From assembly GCA_965218435.1 (NCBI GenBank), contig CBDCKW010000009.1, positions 1,216,001 through 1,280,000 on the forward strand: a stretch of 64,000 bases of DNA. Direction: 5' to 3'. Position numbers and translations under genes: made by a program. Numbering within the stretch: the first letter of the stretch is position 1; each line of letters opens with the position of its first letter. This DNA comes from Truepera sp. (GTDB lineage: Bacteria; Deinococcota; Deinococci; Deinococcales; Trueperaceae). Below are positions 39,781 to 51,729 of this stretch, in pieces. Under the pieces are notes generated by a model, which saw only the letters and a program-made list of their open reading frames with translations, was not told the DNA's origin and made no database searches.

Positions 39781-39951
39781 TCACAGCAGTAAGGTACGGA
39801 CTAAAATAGCGCCAACTGCCCCGAGCACTGCGAGCGCGGCGGCGCTGCTGAGTCCCCAACGCTTTTTAGACCCCTGCATAAACAACGCGAAAATGGCGAC
39901 CGGAACACTCATATACATACAAAATAAAAGGACCGTTAAAAGGTTATTCAT
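39781..39951 (-). CDS. 56-aa two-TM membrane peptide
   Basis: MNNLLTVLLFCMYMSVPVAIFALFMQGSKKRWGLSSAAALAVLGAVGAILVRTLLL; stops 13 nt before the next ATG. Confidence 0.5.
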   Translation of the reverse strand: MNNLLTVLLFCMYMSVPVAIFALFMQGSKKRWGLSSAAALAVLGAVGAILVRTLLL

Positions 39952-40158
39952 CGCGCCCATCAGCCTAAACCTTACGCGCCGAACTTGCCTGAGTGCTCAC
40001 GACAAAAGGCTACGGCAACAAGGTAAAACTAAGGTAAAAGGTGCTCGACTGTTTGTGTCAAGTGCGGTAGTTGGGGTGCTTGGGCGGGCGCGTGTTACTT
40101 TGTTGGGTGGCGCTACGTTTGGCGTATTCTGCTCGAGCCTTTAGCGTTCGTTTAGTTT

Positions 40159-40734
40159 AGCGTGAAAACCCACCGTCTTTGGCGGTGGTGATGTAACGTC
40201 GGCTATGCCTTACTGTTTCGCCTGGGACACATAGGTCGTACCCTAAGGCGTGGGGAAGTATAGAAAGCTTGCGCACGTTGTCTATCAGTGTAATTACCAC
40301 ATTGTGTGGGTGCCTAAATACCGTTACCGAGTGCTGACGGGTATGGTCAAAGAGTTGGTTGAGAAGGACGTCCATACGCTTTGTGAGTGGCGCTCTGTAG
40401 AAGTAATAGAGCTGAGTGTTCAAGCCGATCACATCCACTTGGTTTGTTCAATTCCTCCCAAGTTGTCAGTATCGGATTTCATGGGATTTCTCAAAGGGAA
40501 GCTTGCCATCAAGTTGTTCAAAAGCTAGCCAGGCTTACGGAAGAAACCATACTGGGGGAATCACTTTTGGACACGCGGTTACTTTGTCAACACTGTAGGT
40601 ATAAACGAAGACCTGATCCGTCGTTATGTGAAGTACCAAGAGAAGCGCGAAAAAGAGGAAGAACGCAATCAGCAGGACTTTCTCTTCTAGAGTCATTTTC
40701 AAATCCACCGCCTCTGGCGGTGGTCGTTTAATTT
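40159..40734 (+). mobile_element. IS200-type element (tnpA only)
   Basis: Subterminal hairpins CCACCGTCTTTGGCGGTGG (40170-40188) and CCACCGCCTCTGGCGGTGG (40705-40723). Confidence 0.85.
40250..40690 (+). pseudogene. tnpA: IS200/IS605 Y1 transposase with an in-frame TAG
   Basis: YHIVWVPKYR, HUH (DHIHL); TAG at 40526-40528, then in frame PGLRKKPYWGNHFWTRGYF...IRRYVKYQ. Confidence 0.88.
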
Positions 40735-41068
40735 GGTCTTGAGTGGCGAAATAGGTTTGCCTGAACGGTCTACGATGAGGTAGACTTTGGGCTCGCTAGT
40801 TACTCTATACGCTGTAGCCATAATCATCTTTGAGTCTGACACCCACATGTAGCCGTCACCCACATAAGTAAGTGCTATAAATCTGACGAGAGCCGGGGGC
40901 GTAGCCGAAGCGAGGCGGCGCTGAGCTTCTTGACGGGTAAGGGAAAGAGGACCGGTTATCCTCCCGAAGGCAAGTGACTTAGCCTCGAGTTCCGCATGGA
41001 ACAAGTAGCCACAAACGCGGTCGAAGATGGGAATGCGGTAGTAATCCTTGTAGGGGTCAAAAGAACTA

Positions 41069-41228
41069 GAGGGTGTTTTGGAATTCCCTTCTTCGTCCCT
41101 GACGCATCAAACCTGACTATTGAATTCTCAGAAATACGCCCGAATTCACTGATATTAGGGCTTCTCAGAAGGTTCACGGTTTGGACTTGATAGCTAGAAA
41201 AGCTTAATTTTATTTCCCAAACACCCTC
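41069..41228. mobile_element. MITE type D (160 bp, inserted in CTAG, TA duplication)
   Basis: GAGGGTGTTTTGGAATT...ATTTCCCAAACACCCTC (15/17 inverted). Confidence 0.82.
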
Positions 41229-41573
41229 TAGACTCTGTAGCATCTGCGAAGTCAGAGTCCCTCGCTCGAGCGTCCTCAATGCGTCGGCGCAGCCGTTGCC
41301 GGTCTCTTGCTGTAGGGTGTACGAGAGAGCGAATAAAAACAGGTTTTCCCACGTAAAGCCTTTTTTCCCGTAGAGGACAACCAGCTTTGACGAACCTGGG
41401 GGGGTAGCCGTCAAGCGGCCTTGTCAACACGGCGAGGGCACTCTCGAGCGCCGACTGTTTAATCTGCGCGGTGCTATGGGCAAAGGCGCACGTAAGCATT
41501 AGAACGAAGCTCAGCAGGCAAATTTTCATCGAACTAAAGTTAGCACACTGAGGTCTTACGGTTTTGAAGGGAT

Positions 41574-41802
41574 GGAACTTGGAATGAACGCATGGTGGTA
41601 GAAACAGCCCTGGCTATGGTGACGACTGTTTATGACCTCAAACGTATCCGGCACCGCTTAGCCGCTCACATCGAGGCGCGTTTGGCCTTTGTGACCGCCA
41701 TGTTCAACGTACTTCTACGTCTTTTTCACAAGCTCCATCCTGAAACTGACCCTTCAGAATGAGCATCGCTGAGTTCTCCTTATGAACTAGCACCATAGGT
41801 TA
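41574..41802 (+). pseudogene. Transposase C-terminal remnant with probable element end
   Basis: GTWNERMVVETALAMVTTV...RLAFVTAMFNVL, frameshift, MSIAEFSL*, then ACTAGCACCATAGGTTA. R-x3-ET resembles a DDE third-residue motif. Confidence 0.55.
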
Positions 41803-42294
41803 GTCTCGAGTGCTAGTTGGTTATGAGATATCTAGAAGACTCAAAAAATTTACCGATTGCGTCATAGACGTTGTTTCCAGCTCACTCAGAAGGGTTGAGA
41901 AAGTAACCACGAGCGGCAAGCAGCCTTGAAGATTCACCGAAAGTACTTGTTCGGGTAGGTCAGCAGTCATGGTTGAAATACCATTTTGCGTTACAGACGC
42001 ACTTCCTCGGTTGCAACGGGTCGTTTGTCTACTAGCACTCGAGGTTGTGTAGCAACCGCTCTTAGGCTTTCAGGAAAACGCCGGTGTACTGTGACAATAA
42101 ACTGTCACAATAGGATAGAACCAGAAAAGGCCAAACGTCAGGATGTATAAAATTGTGCTTTGGTCTCGTAAAAAAATGTGGCTGGCTGCCGCGTGGCCTA
42201 AGTGCGCCGTTTTTGCAGTCTCACGCCCCGCAAAACGCCTACTAAATGGTAGAATTGTGTGTTTGCAGCGCACATTCGGCGCTCGGAGGTTCCC

Positions 42295-44790
<2,496 letters not shown>

Positions 44791-44835
44791 GCTGCTGAGT
44801 CTTACGCTGCGTTTTACCCTGTCTGCTCACTCTGT

Positions 44836-44869
44836 CTGTCCGGACGCCGCAAGGTATCCGGGCAGTTTT
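44836..44869 (+). terminator. Intrinsic terminator after gyrA
   Basis: CTGTCCGGACGCC-GCAA-GGTATCCGGGCAG-TTTT. Confidence 0.7.
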
Positions 44870-45104
44870 GTAATTTTTTCGCCTCGAGACTTGCGCCGCG
44901 CCGCTGTGCAGTTTTATACTTCTCAAATACTTTTAGCAGCACTGTAAACCGACATCTGAGTTTTGCCAAAACCGACTCGCTAGCGCCAACGGGTTTTAGG
45001 AATTCATTTTTTTGTTAGAGCGGTGCGCGTAAGCTGCGCACGAAGGGTCAACGCATCGTAGAGCCGCGTATTAGAGCGGTGCGCACAAGGGAGATACGGG
45101 ATAG

Positions 45105-45428
45105 ATGCTTATCGGCGAAGCCACACTCATCTCACCGGCGTTTAGCCCGCGCCTGACGTCGCTCGTCGGTGACCTTCAGCGTGCCGGATGTACGGTGTGG
45201 CTCGAGGGCCTCCGCTTGCGGTTTGACTGTCTCGACGCCAAAACCGACGCGAGCACGTTCAAGGTGCTCTTAAGCCGCTATGAAGATGTCGTCACTTGGT
45301 CGCCGGAGCCGCGTACTGAGTTTTTTTCCGTCTCTCCTGTGTCACCACGTCCGCACACGCCTCTAGGTTGGTCAAAGCTGTTTAAGGCGACCCCTGATAC
45401 CAAACGGCCCTACGGCTTAAAACGCTGA
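45105..45428 (+). CDS. Hypothetical protein
   Basis: 107 aa ORF filling the gap; no recognised motif. Confidence 0.5.
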   Translation: MLIGEATLISPAFSPRLTSLVGDLQRAGCTVWLEGLRLRFDCLDAKTDASTFKVLLSRYEDVVTWSPEPRTEFFSVSPVSPRPHTPLGWSKLFKATPDTKRPYGLKR

Positions 45429-45439
45429 GCCTTCGCCAC

Positions 45440-46150
45440 CTAGAGATTCCAGCCCCCGGCGACCTCGAGCGTCACCCCCGTCACGTAACTCGCCTCGTTT
45501 GAAATGAGATACAAGACCGCGCTGCTTAGCTCAGAAAAGCGTCCGGGACGGCCTAGCGGCAACGCATCAGCAGGCTGCGCGACACTCTGCTCCATCACAC
45601 CAGGGCTCACGACGTTGACGGTAATCCCTTCCCCCGCATAGGTTTTGGCGAGCGCCTTGCTGTACAAAATCACGCCGGTTTTCGCGGCGCTGTAGGCGAC
45701 GATGCTGGGCCTTGCTTTAAGCAGTTCGGCCCCGGCAAAGCCTAAGTTAATGATGCGTCCCCAGCCCGCTCGTTGCATCAGCGGCAGCGCCGCGCGGCAG
45801 AGATAAAAGGTGCAGTGCAGGTTCGAGTCAAACATCTCTAGCCAGGTTTCGACGCTCAGCTCAGCGAGCGGCCCCTGATGGTAGTTGCCGACGTTGTTGA
45901 CGAGCACGTCTAAACTGCCCATCGTATGGTAGACGTTTTGAACGAGTCCTTCGGCTTCGTCGGCTTTGGTTACGTCGGCTTGAAAGGTGTGAGCTTGAAC
46001 GCCCTCAGCGCGGGCTTTTTGAGCGGTTTGTTCAGCTTCAGCGGCCGAAAAGCGGTAATGCACCGCCACGTCATACCCGGCCCCGGCGAGCGCCAGTACA
46101 AGCGCCCGGCCGACGCCCTTCGCTGAGCCGGTCACCAGGGCTACAGGCAT
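45440..46150 (-). CDS. tmpR: SDR-type dihydropteridine/dihydrofolate reductase (TmpR-like)
   Basis: ALVTGSAKGVG, VAVHYR, NNVG, YSAAKTGVILYSKA, LEVAGGWNL match the Thermus TmpR pattern. Confidence 0.75.
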   Translation of the reverse strand: MPVALVTGSAKGVGRALVLALAGAGYDVAVHYRFSAAEAEQTAQKARAEGVQAHTFQADVTKADEAEGLVQNVYHTMGSLDVLVNNVGNYHQGPLAELSVETWLEMFDSNLHCTFYLCRAALPLMQRAGWGRIINLGFAGAELLKARPSIVAYSAAKTGVILYSKALAKTYAGEGITVNVVSPGVMEQSVAQPADALPLGRPGRFSELSSAVLYLISNEASYVTGVTLEVAGGWNL

Positions 46151-46572
46151 GTGAGGTGCATTTCTAAAGAGAGATGCGCCAGGTAGAACGTAAGCAGTAT
46201 CCGCGTCGGCGTGTTGAGGTCATAGCTCAGCGCGGTCTCCGGCGTGACCCAAACGTAGCGTTGCGCCTCGTCGTTGAGGGTAACATCAGAATCTTCGGTA
46301 AGAGCAATAAAGTTGAGCAAGATAAAATGCGCGTCTCGGTAAAACTCCGGGCTCATCACCGCTTCTTGGACCGGTCCCCAATAGCTGCGAACGAGGCTCA
46401 AACCGGTTTCTTCTAAAACTTCACGTGCTAAGGCGGCCTTGATGGTTTCGCCGTACTCCACTTTGCCCCCCGGTACACCCCAGGTATCTCGCCATTTATG
46501 CGTTTGAATCAGCAAAACCTGTCCGTCCGGGTTACGAATCAGTGCGCCGACGGTTGTTAAAGGCCGTTCCAT
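46141..46572 (-). CDS. NUDIX hydrolase
   Basis: PGGKVEYGETIKAALAREVLEETGL. Confidence 0.9.
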   Translation of the reverse strand: MERPLTTVGALIRNPDGQVLLIQTHKWRDTWGVPGGKVEYGETIKAALAREVLEETGLSLVRSYWGPVQEAVMSPEFYRDAHFILLNFIALTEDSDVTLNDEAQRYVWVTPETALSYDLNTPTRILLTFYLAHLSLEMHLTCL

Positions 46573-46677
46573 TGACTCAGCATACGTGCCGGTTGGTCTA
46601 CGTGTCAGCGCAGTTTGCGGTGCAAAGCTGAGACGAACCTACCCGGAGCCCTCGGCAGCGTTTTACGGTAGACTCTG

Positions 46678-47532
46678 ATGTCAAAAGGAGACACGTTGCA
46701 CGCCTATACCGGTTCGTTTCGTATAGCCCAAGGACCGACGCTCTTTACCCGTACCTACTTGCCGGACGGCGCGGCGAGGGCGGCGGTGATCATCGCGCAC
46801 GGCTACGCCGAACATTCGGGGCGTTATGAAGAACTTGCTTATAGGCTCGTTAGAGAAGGTTACGCGGTCTACGCGCTCGACCACCGCGGGCACGGGCGGA
46901 GCGGCGGCAAACGGGCGAGTATCCGAGTATTTCGTGAATATGTAGACGACCTCGTACGGTTTATTGACCGGGTACGTGAGACGCGGCCCCAACCGCCGCG
47001 CTTTTTGTTCGGTCACAGCATGGGCGGCCTGGTTGCGTTGCAGCTTGTTTTGGAGCATCCTGAAAAGGTCGAAGGCTTGGCGGTGTCAGGGGCGCTCTTA
47101 CAGAACGCAGTACCGGTCCCGCGTCTTCTAGAATTTGCTGCAGGTGTCGTCAGCGCCGCCTTACCCGACCTGCCGGTTCAAGAGCTTCACGCCGAAGATG
47201 TCTCGAGAGACCCTGCGGTCGTGCAAGCGTATAGAGACGACCCGCTCATCTATCATGGCAAAGTTCGGGCTCGGCTCGGCTTTGAGATATTGCGCACTGG
47301 GCCGTATGTCATGGGCCGCGCACACAACATCGAGCTGCCGGTTTTGATTCAGCACGGCACCGCCGATAAACTCGCGTCGGTCGCCGGGGTCGAGGCGCTC
47401 TTTGACGCGGTAGGTTCGGCGGACAAGACGCTCGAGCTCTACAGAGGCGCGTACCACGAAATCTTAAATGACCCCGGTAAAGAAGAGGTCATAGACGACC
47501 TCGTAGCCTGGTTGAACGCACGGGCGAGTTAA
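46678..47532 (+). CDS. Alpha/beta hydrolase (monoacylglycerol lipase/lysophospholipase-like)
   Basis: HGYAEHSGRY, DHRGHGRS, GHSMGG, HGTAD, YHEI. Confidence 0.9.
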   Translation: MSKGDTLHAYTGSFRIAQGPTLFTRTYLPDGAARAAVIIAHGYAEHSGRYEELAYRLVREGYAVYALDHRGHGRSGGKRASIRVFREYVDDLVRFIDRVRETRPQPPRFLFGHSMGGLVALQLVLEHPEKVEGLAVSGALLQNAVPVPRLLEFAAGVVSAALPDLPVQELHAEDVSRDPAVVQAYRDDPLIYHGKVRARLGFEILRTGPYVMGRAHNIELPVLIQHGTADKLASVAGVEALFDAVGSADKTLELYRGAYHEILNDPGKEEVIDDLVAWLNARAS

Positions 47533-47540
47533 GCGACACT

Positions 47541-48386
47541 TTACCGTAGCGCCGCAAAAAACCGCAGCACCGCCGCGCCGGTTTCGTCCGGCCAATTGTG
47601 CGGGTAGTAACGTCCATCAAAGCCGTAATCTTGCGTATGCGGACACCACAGCACCGGATTTTGAATCTTGAGTGCGCCGTAGCGTTCGCAGTTCAGGCTG
47701 CGCGGTTCGCTCGGCGCAGGTGGCCCCGTAAGCTTGTCCTGCGCTAAAAACTGGTCCCTGGCCTCAATTCCCAGCTCGAAGGGAACGAGCCGGTCATGTG
47801 GATTGTGTAACACCATCGCCGCTACTTTGCCCTGACACGTCCCCGCTGCTGGTCCTCCGCCGAGGCTGGCAACCGCCCGCAGTACCCCCGCCCGGTGACA
47901 ACCGAGGGCGTTGACAAACGAGCCGCCGAGCGAGTGACCGACGGCGAACACCTCTGCTGTGTCAATACAGAGCTGCCCGCTTAAGTTCTTTAAGAGCACG
48001 TCGAATAACCTAAAATCGCGGAGCTTGTCCGGCGCGTCACCGGGGTCCCACCAGCCGAAGGTGCCGTCGGCTTGAGTGAGCGCAACCGGGTAGACGAAGA
48101 TCGTTGAACCTATTTCGGGTGCGTGGGGCTCGAGGTCGTAGTACCGCTGCACTTCAGCCGCCGGACTCGTGCGGCCGTGAAAGGCGAAGACCAGCGCGTA
48201 GGGTGTAGCCGCGACGTAGGGTTCGGGGAGGCTCAAGATAAACTGCCGCTGTTGCCCATCAACCGAAATCGTTTGCAAACCTGACTGTAGGGCAGAACTT
48301 GTGACGCAGCCCCCTGAGGGTGCAGCGAACACGCCGTTTACGAGTGTGGCGAGGAGAAAGCTAAAAGCTAAAAAGATTTGTCTCAC
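47541..48386 (-). CDS. Secreted esterase (PHB depolymerase/feruloyl esterase-like)
   Basis: Signal peptide, LVFAFHG, GHSLGG, DRLVP, HNWP. Confidence 0.75.
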   Translation of the reverse strand: MRQIFLAFSFLLATLVNGVFAAPSGGCVTSSALQSGLQTISVDGQQRQFILSLPEPYVAATPYALVFAFHGRTSPAAEVQRYYDLEPHAPEIGSTIFVYPVALTQADGTFGWWDPGDAPDKLRDFRLFDVLLKNLSGQLCIDTAEVFAVGHSLGGSFVNALGCHRAGVLRAVASLGGGPAAGTCQGKVAAMVLHNPHDRLVPFELGIEARDQFLAQDKLTGPPAPSEPRSLNCERYGALKIQNPVLWCPHTQDYGFDGRYYPHNWPDETGAAVLRFFAALR

Positions 48387-48467
48387 GTGTTTAGTTTAGC
48401 CGTCTCTATCGCCCCAAAACTTGCGCCCCGAAACTTGGTAAGGTGCCAAAAGTCTTTACAATAAGGT

Positions 48468-48731
48468 ATGGCTAAAACGACCAAACAACGTAAAGCCGAC
48501 GCTAAGGCCGTCGCTGAAGCAAGACGCTTTACCCCCGGTAAGATGTTCCGCCTCGTCCTTAAAAGCTTGGGATTCGCCATCTTGGTTTCGCTGCTCCTTA
48601 TCTTGCTGCAATCGTTTAAGGTCCCGGTATTTCAAACCTGGTGGCTTCAGTTCGGCGTGATGCTCGTCGTTTACATCGCCGCATATCCTTTTTTGATGAG
48701 CGAGTTTCGGCCCAAACGTAGCGGACGCTAG
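48468..48731 (+). CDS. Hypothetical 2-TM protein
   Basis: Basic N-terminus and two hydrophobic helices. Confidence 0.6.
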   Translation: MAKTTKQRKADAKAVAEARRFTPGKMFRLVLKSLGFAILVSLLLILLQSFKVPVFQTWWLQFGVMLVVYIAAYPFLMSEFRPKRSGR

Positions 48732-48762
48732 GCTGAGCTTATGGCGTTGACATGGTACTAGC

Positions 48763-50583
48763 GTGGCACTGACTCGGCGTACGTCCGCCCCCGTTGCGGG
48801 TACAGAGGCTCCTGGTGTGCCGACTCGGAGCCTTTATCAGCAGATTCGGCGGGCGCGGCTCTGGCTACCGGTTGCGATCGTCGGAGTGGTGCTGTTGCAA
48901 CAACTTATCGTTGGGCCGCTCGGCGAGGCGAGCTGGCAGGTCTGGGTCAATGTAGCTTTTTACAGCACGCTAGGGCCTGCGGTGACGTTTTTGACGCTCA
49001 ACTGGATCGCGTCAGAGGTGCGCCGCCGCGAACAAGCGCAGGGGGAGCTGCGCGGGCTTTACGACGCGCTCAGTCACTCGCACGCACTGTTAGGCCAGAT
49101 TCAGCGGGTGACTGAGCAATTTGCGCTCTCGACCGACCTTAATTCGGTGCTTGTCGTCGCCACCGAAGGCTTGACCGAGGTCACCGGGGCCGAAGGTACC
49201 GCGATCTTGTTCGGCGAACGTGGGCTTAAAATCAGCCATACCCACGGCTTAAGTGCTGAGCAAGAGCAAGTTGCCACAGCCCGCCACGAAAAGCTGCGTC
49301 AGGGTCAGCCGCTAAACGAAGGGCTAGCGGAGGGTTGGGCGCTGTCTTTTTCACTTTATTGGGGGGGGAAGCTCGAGGGCAGCGTACATAGCTTTTTCCC
49401 CGCGCCGCCGAGCCCCGAAGCGCGGGAGAGCTTCGCTATCTTAGCCAACGAGTTTTCTGCCGCTGCCGAAGCAAGTCGTAGCCGCACCAAAGACCTGCTG
49501 ACTCTTTTTGAAGCCGACCGCAGCATCCGGGCCGAAGGGAACTTGGGCCGTTTGTTGGAAAAGCTCTTGACGCAGATGATGCAGCGGACCGACGCCCGTG
49601 TCGGCGGCGTCTACCTGGCTGATGAGGACGGCCTGTTGCAACTTCGCGCCGTACGAGGCGTTCGTGAACCTGCGCTCCGCCTCGGTGAAGGGTTTGTCGG
49701 TCAAGCCGCCGCTGAGCCGCAAGTCGTGCATCAGCTGGCCGCCGCCGAGCAGCAGGGGCCGATTCTTAGTGCAGCCCAGAGCGCCGTAACCTTACCGCTC
49801 GTCAGCGAAGAGGGGCTTTTGGGCGTCGTCGTGCTGGGTCACCCCGAAGCCGCGCACTTCAGCGAAACGAACTTGCCGTTTCTCAACCTACTCGCCGGTC
49901 AGGTCAGTTTGGCAGTTCGGAACGCGAGGGCCTATTTGCAATCCGAAGAGTTAGCCATCGCCGAAGAACGTGCCCGGATTGCCCGCGAAATCCACGACGG
50001 CGTGGCGCAGGCCCTCGCCTTCAGCGCCCTTAAACTCGATTTGGTGGCGCGGCTTTTTACCGGCGAAGCGCCGCAACCTGACAAAGCGACCAGCGAGCTG
50101 CGCACCGCGCAAGCAACGATTCGGGAAAGTATCCGCGAGGTGCGGCGTTCGATCTTTGCACTTCGGCCGATTGACCTAGAGCGGCACGGGTTTCTCGAGA
50201 CCATCCGCCGCTACTGCTCTGACTTTGAAGAGCAAAACGACCTCGGCGTGAGCTTGACCGTAGACGGTACGCCGCAACTCAGCGCTAAATCCGAAGCGGT
50301 ACTCTTCCGCATTTTTCAAGAAGCGATGAACAACATCGCCAAGCACGCGCACGCCCGTTACGTGTTTGTGACCGTCGGGCAAACCTGCGACTCATGTGGC
50401 TACGTCGAAGTCCGCGACGACGGTCAGGGTTTTGACCCTGTTACTGTGTCGGACAGAGTGACGAGCGCCGGGGGCTTAGGTCTCAAGCAGATGCGTGAAC
50501 GGGTACAGGCCAGGGGCGGGCAGTTTGAGGCAGTTTCAGAGCCGGGTGGTGGGACGCGGGTTTACGCGTCAGTGCCCGAGTAA
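48763..50583 (+). CDS. GAF-domain sensor histidine kinase (HisKA_3/NarX-like)
   Basis: EERARIAREIHDGVAQ, QEAMNNIAKHA, DDGQGF, GLGLKQMRER. Confidence 0.92.
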   Translation: MALTRRTSAPVAGTEAPGVPTRSLYQQIRRARLWLPVAIVGVVLLQQLIVGPLGEASWQVWVNVAFYSTLGPAVTFLTLNWIASEVRRREQAQGELRGLYDALSHSHALLGQIQRVTEQFALSTDLNSVLVVATEGLTEVTGAEGTAILFGERGLKISHTHGLSAEQEQVATARHEKLRQGQPLNEGLAEGWALSFSLYWGGKLEGSVHSFFPAPPSPEARESFAILANEFSAAAEASRSRTKDLLTLFEADRSIRAEGNLGRLLEKLLTQMMQRTDARVGGVYLADEDGLLQLRAVRGVREPALRLGEGFVGQAAAEPQVVHQLAAAEQQGPILSAAQSAVTLPLVSEEGLLGVVVLGHPEAAHFSETNLPFLNLLAGQVSLAVRNARAYLQSEELAIAEERARIAREIHDGVAQALAFSALKLDLVARLFTGEAPQPDKATSELRTAQATIRESIREVRRSIFALRPIDLERHGFLETIRRYCSDFEEQNDLGVSLTVDGTPQLSAKSEAVLFRIFQEAMNNIAKHAHARYVFVTVGQTCDSCGYVEVRDDGQGFDPVTVSDRVTSAGGLGLKQMRERVQARGGQFEAVSEPGGGTRVYASVPE

Positions 50584-51437
50584 ACCTGCTTAGTCAAAAG
50601 TTTTAGTTTTGTTTCCCACAAACGGCTAAAAGGTGGCAAAAAGATTAAAGCAAGCGCCAAAAGTGTTACAAACGTGGCGGGAAGTTGTGAGTCTTCGGTT
50701 GGTGGCGAAAACAGCTGAACAGGTGCGTTAAAAAGCGCGTGTACACCTACGGCAATAAAAAGATTCTGTGTCTTGACGTAGCATAAAGCAAAAATAATGC
50801 CCGCAACACCTGTGGCCAATAGCCAAAGTGGTAGTTCAGACCAACCGTGGGTTTCTACGATAAGCTGCTTCGGGATATGGATAAGCGCAAAAAATACTTG
50901 CGAAGTTACCAAAGCTGTCAACAACAGATAACGGATTTTACGGTGGGCTAAAAACAAATAGAGTTGCACAAAAATAAATCCGCGAAAGACGATTTCCTCG
51001 TAGAGCGCGTTGCCTAGAATCTGCGAGACAAATGTACCTAGCACGAAAGTCGGGCCTACTTCTTGCCACGCGCTGTTCCACTGCAACGTACCTAAAACGA
51101 CGAGTTGCCAGATAAGTAGTGCCACTTGAGTCAGTGCCCAGAGCAGCACGGTAAAAATAGCGGCTTTGCGGAGGTAAGATGATAAGCCTAGGTCGCGGAG
51201 CTTTAAGTTGCTAGTAAGTAGGATAAAAATGACGACTAAGAAAGCGGTTGCAGCGTTGTAAAGAGTGTAAAAGTTGAGTAGCCCGTAACTTAGCGTTTCC
51301 GTCACAGTAGCTATGTACTGTGTTGACGTTGGCATGTATATCGGCAAAAGATAAAGAGCGAGAATAGGAGAAAATCCTACGAAAAGTCCGACTATAACGA
51401 AGGTAGGCCAGTTCGTTCTTCTAACATTCTGAAACAT
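50562..51437 (-). CDS. CPBP-family intramembrane metalloprotease
   Basis: EEIVFRG, FALIH, HALFN; low GC. Confidence 0.85.
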   Translation of the reverse strand: MFQNVRRTNWPTFVIVGLFVGFSPILALYLLPIYMPTSTQYIATVTETLSYGLLNFYTLYNAATAFLVVIFILLTSNLKLRDLGLSSYLRKAAIFTVLLWALTQVALLIWQLVVLGTLQWNSAWQEVGPTFVLGTFVSQILGNALYEEIVFRGFIFVQLYLFLAHRKIRYLLLTALVTSQVFFALIHIPKQLIVETHGWSELPLWLLATGVAGIIFALCYVKTQNLFIAVGVHALFNAPVQLFSPPTEDSQLPATFVTLLALALIFLPPFSRLWETKLKLLTKQVYSGTDA

Positions 51438-51463
51438 ACGCGCAGCTTAGGCTTTGTGAACAC

Positions 51464-51492
51464 AAAAAGAAAGAGCCCCGAAAGGGACTCTT
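51464..51492 (-). terminator. Terminator after rpmE
   Basis: AAGAGCCCC-GAAA-GGGACTCTT hairpin with U-run on the minus strand. Confidence 0.65.
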
Positions 51493-51510
51493 AAGCTCGA
51501 TTTATAAGGC

Positions 51511-51729
51511 TTACTTGCGGTTACGCCGGTACGACTCACCAAAACGCTTTTGAAACTTCTCGACGCGCCCTTCGGTGTCAATAAACCGCTGCTGCCCGGT
51601 GTAAAACGGGTGGTTCCCCGACCACACATCAACGCGCAGTTCGGGTTTGGTGCTGTAGGTCTCCATCACCACTTCGCCGTCACAATAAACTTTGGTGGGC
51701 ACCATTTTAGGGTGAATATCTTTTTTCAT
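51511..51729 (-). CDS. rpmE: 50S ribosomal protein L31
   Basis: MKKDIHP...HPFYTGQQRFIDTEGRVEKF. Confidence 0.95.
   Translation of the reverse strand: MKKDIHPKMVPTKVYCDGEVVMETYSTKPELRVDVWSGNHPFYTGQQRFIDTEGRVEKFQKRFGESYRRNRK

Larger units (their letters stand above)
40141..41529 (-). pseudogene. Secreted hypothetical protein interrupted by MITE D and IS200
   Basis: Signal peptide MKICLLSFVLMLTCAFA. Removing MITE D fuses ORFs 41194-41529 and 40699-41004 in frame (DATES|SSFDPYKDYYRIPIFDRVCGYLFHAELE). Removing IS200 restores KTK|LNER*. Confidence 0.7.

Noticed and set aside
41820..42060. 49-aa minus-strand ORF (MTADLPEQV...) in low-GC DNA upstream of gyrA
   Set aside because: No RBS or motif; cannot be supported.
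50562..51437. CPBP ('Abi/CAAX') protease as a phage-defence gene
   Set aside because: The Abi name is historical; the family is mainly membrane proteases, and nothing nearby supports defence.
51511..51729. L31 lacking the four Zn-binding Cys as a zinc-starvation paralog
   Set aside because: Resembles the ordinary Deinococcus-type L31; no Zur-like context seen.
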